From assembly GCF_041248615.1 (NCBI RefSeq), contig NZ_CP158426.1: 64,000 nucleotides of DNA. The stretch is one strand, 5' to 3'. The position numbers were made by a program, and so were the translations under genes. The notes under the pieces were generated by a model, which did no database searches, was not told the DNA's origin, and saw nothing but the letters and a program-made list of their open reading frames with translations. This document shows positions 55,411 through 64,000 of this stretch, one piece after another (the stretch's first letter is position 1; every line of letters begins with the position of its first letter). Source of the DNA: Escherichia coli (GTDB lineage: Bacteria; Pseudomonadota; Gammaproteobacteria; Enterobacterales; Enterobacteriaceae).

Positions 55411-55926
55411 TTAGAAGCGGTAACCAACACCGGCAATCCAGGTGCCTACGTCAACGCTACGAATACGGCTCTGCTCGTAAGAGAAGTCCAGAGCAACGTT
55501 TTCCATCGGGTTGAACTGCAGACCAGCACCGTAGGAGAAACCGTAGTCGCTGGTGTCGTGTTTGTAGGTCGGGTATTCAGTGGTCTGGAATTTACCATAA
55601 CCCACACCCACTACACCGTAGATGCTTGCCCAGTCGTTAATGCGGTAAGCCGGACCAGCAGTGATGCCGTAGTACTGGTTTTTGTTGTAGTCACCAGAGC
55701 TTGCAGTACGGCTTTTCTCGGTGTAAGTGAAAGAACCGATCACACCCAGCGGGCTGTTGTCTTCTTCATAGCGGTATTTCAGGTTGAAACCGCCCATTTT
55801 GTTCATTTGGCCCTGAGCGTCGCTCTGTGCGTAACCGCCAGTTACGGTAGAAGTTGCAGCTACGGAAGTACCTGCGGTGAAAGCCAGAACTGCGGCCAGT
55901 GCTGAAAGACATGCAATTTTTTTCAT
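55411..55926 (-). CDS. ompX: Outer membrane protein OmpX
   Basis: 171 aa from MKKIACLSALAAVLAFTAGTSVA; beta-barrel; C-terminal F. Confidence 0.9.
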   Translation of the reverse strand: MKKIACLSALAAVLAFTAGTSVAATSTVTGGYAQSDAQGQMNKMGGFNLKYRYEEDNSPLGVIGSFTYTEKSRTASSGDYNKNQYYGITAGPAYRINDWASIYGVVGVGYGKFQTTEYPTYKHDTSDYGFSYGAGLQFNPMENVALDFSYEQSRIRSVDVGTWIAGVGYRF

Positions 55927-56278
55927 AACCACCTCAAATGTGATTCAAATAAGTCCTAAGTTTTAAATATATCAAAAATTAATGGGAAACTCTTCGCGAT
56001 TTGTGATGTCTAACGGGCCATTTCATGTAACAGAACGTTTCCATACACCGCTATCCATCTAAATTTAAATCACTTTTTCAGAGAACTGCGTAAGTATTAC
56101 GCATGTTTTCCCTGTCATTCATCCAGATTATTCCTAATCACCAGACTAATGATTCCATCAATCCTGGCGCATTTTAGTCAAAACGGGGGAAAATTTTTTC
56201 AACAAATGCTCAACCAGCATTGGGTATATCCAGTACACTCCACGCTTTACTTAAGTCTAGATATTTGTGGGAGAAAGG

Positions 56279-57166
56279 ATGCCTGGTTCATTACGTAAAA
56301 TGCCGGTCTGGTTACCAATAGTCATATTGCTCGTTGCCATGGCGTCTATTCAGGGTGGAGCCTCGTTAGCTAAGTCACTTTTTCCTCTGGTGGGCGCACC
56401 GGGTGTCACTGCGCTGCGTCTGGCATTAGGAACGCTGATCCTCATCGCGTTCTTTAAGCCATGGCGACTGCGCTTTGCCAAAGAGCAACGATTACCGCTG
56501 TTGTTTTACGGCGTTTCGCTGGGTGGGATGAATTATCTTTTTTATCTTTCTATTCAGACAGTACCGCTGGGTATTGCGGTGGCGCTGGAGTTCACCGGAC
56601 CACTGGCGGTGGCGCTGTTCTCTTCTCGTCGCCCGGTAGATTTCGTCTGGGTAGTTCTGGCGGTTCTTGGTCTGTGGTTCCTGCTACCGCTGGGGCAAGA
56701 CGTTTCCCATGTCGATTTAACCGGCTGTGCGCTGGCTCTGGGGGCCGGGGCTTGTTGGGCTATTTACATTTTAAGTGGGCAACGCGCAGGAGCGGAACAT
56801 GGCCCTGCGACGGTGGCAATTGGTTCGTTGATTGCAGCGTTAATTTTCGTGCCAATTGGAGCGCTTCAGGCTGGTGAAGCACTCTGGCACTGGTCGGTTA
56901 TTCCATTGGGTCTGGCGGTCGCTATTCTCTCGACCGCTCTGCCTTATTCGCTGGAAATGATTGCCCTCACCCGTTTGCCAACACGGACATTTGGTACGCT
57001 GATGAGCATGGAACCGGCGCTGGCTGCCGTTTCCGGGATGATTTTCCTCGGAGAAACACTGACACCCATACAGCTGCTGGCGCTCGGCGCTATCATCGCC
57101 GCTTCAATGGGGTCTACGCTGACAGTACGCAAAGAGAGCAAAATAAAAGAATTAGACATTAATTAA
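56279..57166 (+). CDS. rhtA: Threonine/homoserine exporter RhtA (DMT family)
   Basis: 295 aa from MPGSLRKMPVW; synteny. Confidence 0.9.
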   Translation: MPGSLRKMPVWLPIVILLVAMASIQGGASLAKSLFPLVGAPGVTALRLALGTLILIAFFKPWRLRFAKEQRLPLLFYGVSLGGMNYLFYLSIQTVPLGIAVALEFTGPLAVALFSSRRPVDFVWVVLAVLGLWFLLPLGQDVSHVDLTGCALALGAGACWAIYILSGQRAGAEHGPATVAIGSLIAALIFVPIGALQAGEALWHWSVIPLGLAVAILSTALPYSLEMIALTRLPTRTFGTLMSMEPALAAVSGMIFLGETLTPIQLLALGAIIAASMGSTLTVRKESKIKELDIN

Positions 57167-57335
57167 ATTTACATTTCTGCATGGTTATGCATAACCATGC
57201 AGAATTTCTCGCTACTTTTCCTCTACACCGTCTTTATATATCGAATTATGCAAAAGCATATTTATTCCGAAAATTCCTGGCGAGCAAATAAATAAGAATT
57301 GTTCTTATCAATACCTCTAACTGATTGAATTTTAA

Positions 57336-57968
<633 letters not shown>

Positions 57969-58008
57969 ATCCATCGCTGATGGTGCAGAACTTTAGTACA
58001 CGATAAAA

Positions 58009-58040
58009 GCGGCTTCCTGACAGGAGGCCGTTTTGTTTTG
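58009..58040 (+). terminator. Rho-independent terminator of dps
   Basis: GC-rich hairpin (GCGGCTTCCTG/CAGGAGGCCG) followed by TTTTGTTTTG. Confidence 0.55.
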
Positions 58041-58194
58041 TAGCCCGCCTCAACGCACTTATTTAGTGCATCCATCTGCTATTCCCAGCTGGTTAAGTAA
58101 ATTTTTTGTATCCACATCATCACACAATCGTTACATAAAGATTGTTTTTTCATCAGGTTTTACGCTAAATAATCACTGTGTTGAGTGCACAATT

Positions 58195-58320
58195 TTAGCG
58201 CACCAGTTTGGTGCCCCAGAATGGTGCATCTTCAAGGTGTTGCCCTATAAATCGTGCATCACGTTTTTACCGCATCTCGATAAATCAATGAGTTGCAAAA
58301 CTGGCACGATTTTTTCATAT
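58195..58320 (+). promoter_or_regulatory. glnH control region: NtrC-type sites (GCACCA-N-TGGTGC) and sigma54 promoter TGGCAC-N5-TTTCA
   Basis: GCACCAGTTTGGTGC and TGGTGCA elements at about 58200-58230 and TGGCACGATTTTTTCA at 58302-58317. Confidence 0.55.
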
Positions 58321-58356
58321 ATGTGAATGTCACGCAGGGGATCGTCCCGTGGATAG

Positions 58357-59118
<762 letters not shown>

Positions 59119-59150
59119 TAACGCTACGCCTGTAAAGCGCACTGGCAGTT

Positions 59151-59205
59151 CCCTCTCCCCGCCGGGGAGAGGATTAGGGTGAGGGGCGCAAACCCGCTCC
59201 GAGGC
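59151..59205. repeat. GC-rich palindromic intergenic element between glnH and glnP (CCTCTCCCC-GCC-GGGGAGAGG)
   Basis: Perfect 9-bp inverted repeat followed by a second GC-rich segment; possible intra-operon attenuator or mRNA-stabilising hairpin. Confidence 0.4.
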
Positions 59206-59256
59206 CATTAATTACCCTGAATTTGATTATTTACACCACGGTAACAGGAACAACAT

Positions 59257-59916
59257 ATGCAGTTTGACTGGAGTGCCATCTGGCCTGCCATTCCGCTTCT
59301 GATTGAAGGTGCCAAAATGACCCTGTGGATTTCGGTCCTCGGTTTGGCTGGCGGTCTGGTGATCGGATTGCTGGCAGGTTTTGCACGCACCTTCGGTGGT
59401 TGGATAGCCAACCACGTCGCGCTGGTCTTTATTGAAGTGATCCGCGGCACACCTATCGTCGTCCAGGTGATGTTTATCTATTTCGCCCTGCCGATGGCGT
59501 TTAACGACTTACGCATCGACCCGTTTACTGCGGCGGTGGTCACCATCATGATCAACTCCGGCGCGTACATTGCGGAAATCACGCGTGGTGCGGTGCTGTC
59601 TATTCACAAAGGTTTTCGTGAAGCAGGACTGGCGCTCGGTCTTTCACGTTGGGAAACCATTCGCTACGTCATTTTACCGCTGGCACTGCGTCGTATGCTG
59701 CCGCCGCTGGGTAACCAGTGGATCATCAGCATTAAAGACACCTCGCTGTTTATTGTTATCGGCGTGGCGGAACTGACCCGTCAGGGGCAAGAAATTATTG
59801 CCGGTAACTTCCGCGCCCTTGAGATCTGGAGCGCCGTGGCGGTGTTCTATCTGATTATTACCCTGGTGCTGAGCTTTATTCTGCGTCGTCTGGAAAGAAG
59901 GATGAAAATCCTGTGA
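59257..59916 (+). CDS. glnP: Glutamine ABC transporter permease GlnP
   Basis: 219 aa; synteny. Confidence 0.95.
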
Positions 59917-60635
59917 TTGAATTTAAAAACGTCTCCAAGCATTTTGGTCCAACCCAGGTGCTACACAATATCGATTTGAACATTGCTCAGGGCGAAGTCG
60001 TGGTGATTATCGGGCCGTCCGGTTCCGGTAAATCGACCCTGCTGCGCTGCATCAACAAACTGGAAGAAATCACTTCCGGCGATCTAATCGTCGATGGCCT
60101 GAAGGTTAACGATCCGAAAGTTGACGAGCGCCTGATTCGCCAGGAAGCAGGTATGGTGTTCCAGCAGTTTTACCTCTTCCCGCATCTGACGGCGCTGGAA
60201 AACGTCATGTTTGGTCCGCTACGCGTGCGTGGCGCGAACAAAGAAGAGGCGGAAAAACTGGCGCGTGAGCTGCTGGCGAAAGTCGGCCTGGCAGAACGCG
60301 CTCACCACTACCCTTCCGAGCTTTCTGGTGGTCAACAGCAGCGTGTGGCGATCGCACGCGCGCTGGCGGTAAAACCGAAAATGATGCTGTTCGATGAACC
60401 GACTTCCGCTCTTGACCCGGAACTGCGCCATGAAGTGCTGAAGGTTATGCAGGATCTGGCTGAAGAAGGGATGACGATGGTGATCGTGACACACGAAATC
60501 GGTTTTGCCGAGAAAGTAGCTTCGCGCCTGATCTTTATCGACAAAGGCCGGATTGCGGAAGATGGCGATCCGCAGGTGTTGATCAAGAACCCACCGAGCC
60601 AGCGCTTGCAGGAATTTTTGCAGCACGTCTCTTAA
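59913..60635 (+). CDS. glnQ: Glutamine ABC transporter ATP-binding protein GlnQ
   Basis: 240 aa, Walker [10 protein letters not shown], signature LSGGQQQR. Confidence 0.95.
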
Positions 60636-60642
60636 CTTCTCA

Positions 60643-60668
60643 GCCTCCCTTTCCCCCGAAAGGGAGGC
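60643..60668 (+). terminator. Stable hairpin after glnQ (GCCTCCCTTT-CCCCCG-AAAGGGAGGC)
   Basis: 10-bp perfect stem directly after the stop; no T-run, so termination efficiency is uncertain. Confidence 0.4.
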
Positions 60669-60751
60669 ACACCAGATTCCTCTCATTTAAAATCGCCCCT
60701 CCCCCAGCATCTATACTTATCTTTTTGCTCTGTTTTCTCACTGGAGGAGTC

Positions 60752-62977
60752 ATGCGGTGGATCCTGTTCATCCTCTTCTGCCTGCTGGGCGCACCTGCCC
60801 ACGCGGTATCCATACCCGGCGTTACAACCACAACGACAACGGACTCAACGACTGAACCGGCCCCGGAACCGGATATCGAACAAAAAAAAGCGGCCTATGG
60901 CGCACTGGCGGATGTGCTGGATAATGACACCTCGCGTAAAGAGTTGATCGACCAGTTGCGCACCGTCGCCGCGACGCCCCCTGCGGAACCCGTACCGAAG
61001 ATCGTGCCGCCGACGCTGGTTGAAGAGCAAACCGTGCTGCAAAAAGTCACCGAAGTCAGCCGCCATTATGGTGAAGCCCTTTCCGCCCGCTTCGGACAAC
61101 TTTATCGCAATATCACCGGCTCCCCGCATAAGCCGTTTAATCCACAAACCTTCAGCAATGCGTTGACCCATTTTTCAATGTTAGCGGTATTAGTGTTTGG
61201 TTTTTACTGGCTGATTCGCCTGTGCGCACTTCCGCTGTATCGCAAAATGGGTCAGTGGGCGCGGCAAAAAAATCGTGAGCGCAGTAACTGGTTGCAGCTT
61301 CCGGCGATGATTATCGGGGCGTTTATTATCGACCTGCTGTTACTGGCGCTGACATTGTTTGTCGGCCAGGTATTAAGCGACAACCTGAATGCGGGCAGTC
61401 GCACCATCGCTTTCCAACAAAGTTTGTTTCTCAACGCCTTTGCCCTGATTGAATTTTTCAAAGCTGTACTACGCCTGATTTTTTGCCCAAACGTGGCGGA
61501 ACTGCGCCCGTTCACGATTCATGACGAGACCGCCCGTTACTGGAGCCGTCGCCTGAGCTGGTTAAGCAGCCTGATTGGCTATGGCCTGATTGTGGCCGTG
61601 CCGATTATCTCTAATCAGGTGAATGTACAGATAGGTGCGCTGGCGAACGTCATCATTATGCTGTGCATGACGGTCTGGGCGTTGTACCTGATCTTTCGCA
61701 ATAAAAAAGAGATTACCCAGCATTTGCTCAACTTCGCGGAGCATTCGCTGGCCTTTTTCAGCCTGTTTATCCGCGCCTTTGCGCTGGTGTGGCACTGGCT
61801 GGCAAGCGCCTATTTTATCGTGCTGTTTTTCTTTTCGTTGTTCGATCCGGGCAACAGCCTGAAATTTATGATGGGTGCAACGGTGCGCAGCCTGGCGATT
61901 ATTGGTATCGCAGCATTTGTTTCCGGTATGTTTTCCCGCTGGCTGGCGAAAACCATCACCCTCTCGCCACATACTCAGCGTAACTATCCCGAGCTGCAAA
62001 AACGGCTGAATGGATGGCTTTCGGCGGCACTGAAAACGGCGCGTATTCTGACCGTCTGCGTGGCGGTAATGTTGCTGTTGAGCGCATGGGGATTGTTCGA
62101 TTTCTGGAACTGGCTGCAAAACGGTGCGGGGCAGAAAACCGTAGATATCCTGATCCGTATCGCACTCATTCTTTTCTTCTCGGCGGTTGGCTGGACGGTG
62201 CTCGCCAGTTTGATCGAAAACAGGCTGGCTTCGGATATTCATGGCCGCCCACTACCCAGCGCCCGTACGCGTACCCTGCTGACGCTGTTCCGTAACGCGC
62301 TGGCGGTGATTATCAGTACCATCACCATCATGATTGTGTTGTCGGAAATCGGCGTTAATATCGCGCCATTGCTGGCAGGTGCCGGTGCATTGGGGCTGGC
62401 TATCTCTTTTGGTTCGCAAACGCTGGTGAAAGATATTATCACCGGGGTATTTATTCAGTTTGAAAACGGCATGAACACTGGAGATTTGGTGACTATCGGG
62501 CCGTTGACCGGCACTGTGGAACGGATGTCGATTCGCTCCGTGGGCGTGCGTCAGGATACCGGGGCGTATCACATCATTCCGTGGTCTTCGATAACTACCT
62601 TTGCTAACTTCGTCCGCGGCATTGGTTCGGTGGTGGCAAATTACGATGTTGATCGCCATGAAGATGCTGATAAAGCCAATCAGGCACTGAAAGATGCGGT
62701 AGCTGAATTGATGGAAAACGAAGAAATTCGCGGGTTGATTATCGGTGAACCGAACTTTGCCGGGATTGTCGGCTTAAGCAATACCGCATTTACACTGCGT
62801 GTTTCGTTCACCACGCTGCCACTCAAACAGTGGACGGTCCGCTTTGCCCTCGACAGCCAGGTGAAAAAACATTTCGACCTGGCGGGTGTTCGCGCGCCGG
62901 TACAGACTTATCAGGTGCTGCCTGCTCCGGGCGCGGCCCCGGCTGAACCGCTGCCGCCGGGGGAGCCAACGCTTTAA
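60752..62977 (+). CDS. ybiO: Mechanosensitive channel YbiO (MscS family)
   Basis: 741 aa from MRWILFILF with GGAGG RBS; signal peptide, multiple TM helices, MscS-like C-terminal domain. Confidence 0.9.
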   Translation: MRWILFILFCLLGAPAHAVSIPGVTTTTTTDSTTEPAPEPDIEQKKAAYGALADVLDNDTSRKELIDQLRTVAATPPAEPVPKIVPPTLVEEQTVLQKVTEVSRHYGEALSARFGQLYRNITGSPHKPFNPQTFSNALTHFSMLAVLVFGFYWLIRLCALPLYRKMGQWARQKNRERSNWLQLPAMIIGAFIIDLLLLALTLFVGQVLSDNLNAGSRTIAFQQSLFLNAFALIEFFKAVLRLIFCPNVAELRPFTIHDETARYWSRRLSWLSSLIGYGLIVAVPIISNQVNVQIGALANVIIMLCMTVWALYLIFRNKKEITQHLLNFAEHSLAFFSLFIRAFALVWHWLASAYFIVLFFFSLFDPGNSLKFMMGATVRSLAIIGIAAFVSGMFSRWLAKTITLSPHTQRNYPELQKRLNGWLSAALKTARILTVCVAVMLLLSAWGLFDFWNWLQNGAGQKTVDILIRIALILFFSAVGWTVLASLIENRLASDIHGRPLPSARTRTLLTLFRNALAVIISTITIMIVLSEIGVNIAPLLAGAGALGLAISFGSQTLVKDIITGVFIQFENGMNTGDLVTIGPLTGTVERMSIRSVGVRQDTGAYHIIPWSSITTFANFVRGIGSVVANYDVDRHEDADKANQALKDAVAELMENEEIRGLIIGEPNFAGIVGLSNTAFTLRVSFTTLPLKQWTVRFALDSQVKKHFDLAGVRAPVQTYQVLPAPGAAPAEPLPPGEPTL

Positions 62978-63900
62978 CGTTGGCGATTGACAAAACGGCG
63001 GCGCTGCTCGTCGTTCATAAAGGTCCAGGCAATAAAGCGACTCTGCTTTTGCCCCTGGGCCATCTCTTTTTTAACCACCTTCACCGCGCCAACGTCCGTC
63101 AGGGCACGATACAATGGCGGTAAGTTTTCACCACGAGATACCAGTGAGGTAAACCACATCACCTGCTTCGCGAAGCCTTTGCTCTCTTCAATCATCTTTT
63201 TGATAAAAGCGACTTCACCGCCTTCACACCACAACTCCTGTTGCTGACCACCAAAGTTCAGTGCATTGTCTTTGTTCAGCCCCAGGTTACGGCGTTTACG
63301 TTCACTACCTGCCCGTGCCGCAGCGGCGGAATCGTGGAATGGCGGGTTACACAAGGTCGCGTCGTATTGCTCGTTTTTATGGATGATGCCATTAAAAATC
63401 GCCCCACTCTCTTTTTGCCGACGCAGACGAATAGCGCGGTTAAGCCCCGGATTAGCACTGATGATCGCCTGCGCACTGCTTAACGCCTGACTGCTGGTTT
63501 CACTACCGGTAAAACGCCAGCCATATTCATGTACGCCAATCAGCGGGTAAATACAGTTCGCACCAACGCCGATATCCAGAATGCTGGCATTAGCTGGAAT
63601 TGTTCCGCTTGCTTCTGCCAGTAAATCGGCAAGGTGATGAATATAATCCGCCCGGCCCGGTACTGGTGGGCAGAGAAAACCGTCGGGGATATCCCAGTTC
63701 GCTACGGCGTAAAAATGGGCCAGCAACGCCTTATTGAGCGCCTTCACCGCCAGCGGATTGGCAAAGTCTACGCTTTGCTCCCCGGCGGGTGTAAGCGTGA
63801 GGAATTGCCTGAGTTCAGGATTGACCTGACAAAGCGTGGCGAGATCGTAGCGGCTGTGATGACGGTTGCGCGGATGCAACCCCGGTTTCTGGGCGGACAT
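62974..63900 (-). CDS. rlmF: 23S rRNA m6A1618 methyltransferase RlmF (YbiN)
   Basis: 308 aa; NPPF motif and SAM-binding motifs; synteny. Confidence 0.9.
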   Translation of the reverse strand: MSAQKPGLHPRNRHHSRYDLATLCQVNPELRQFLTLTPAGEQSVDFANPLAVKALNKALLAHFYAVANWDIPDGFLCPPVPGRADYIHHLADLLAEASGTIPANASILDIGVGANCIYPLIGVHEYGWRFTGSETSSQALSSAQAIISANPGLNRAIRLRRQKESGAIFNGIIHKNEQYDATLCNPPFHDSAAAARAGSERKRRNLGLNKDNALNFGGQQQELWCEGGEVAFIKKMIEESKGFAKQVMWFTSLVSRGENLPPLYRALTDVGAVKVVKKEMAQGQKQSRFIAWTFMNDEQRRRFVNRQR

Positions 63901-64000
63901 AGCATTCTCCTTTAAGCAGCGGCGTAAGATACCCGCATAACGCGACAGGGTAAATATCTGGCTGCGTTTATCATTCCCAAAAACCTTAACATGACTATGG

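Overview
This window reads as an Escherichia coli chromosomal segment collinear with the K-12 rlmF-ybiO-glnHPQ-dps-...-gsiABCD-yliEF-rimO-...-rcdA region (about 18-19 min), in inverted orientation. It differs from that backbone by three accessory insertions. (1) Bases 1 to about 12450 are the int-proximal arm of a P2/186-family prophage: partial portal gene, a cos-like cohesive-end sequence, replication gene A, Dam methylase, a 186-type CII/Apl/CI lysogeny switch and a tyrosine integrase ending about 100 bp from rcdA. Two AT-rich cargo genes flank the cos-like site: a KAP-family P-loop NTPase in the tin/old-equivalent position and a RES-domain protein between cos and the portal gene. These are the best candidates for an uncharacterised anti-phage/abortive-infection module. 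(2) A HigB2/HigA-like toxin-antitoxin pair with an operator palindrome sits between rimO and dgcI. (3) A LacI-family regulator, an ExuT-like anion:cation MFS transporter and a GH31 glycosidase form a three-gene island between ybiU and ybiT. The rest is conserved core genome, including the small protein gene mntS, which the ORF track omits. No tRNA, rRNA, CRISPR array or IS element was recognised. All homology calls are from reading the translated sequence and recalled family features; no database search was run.
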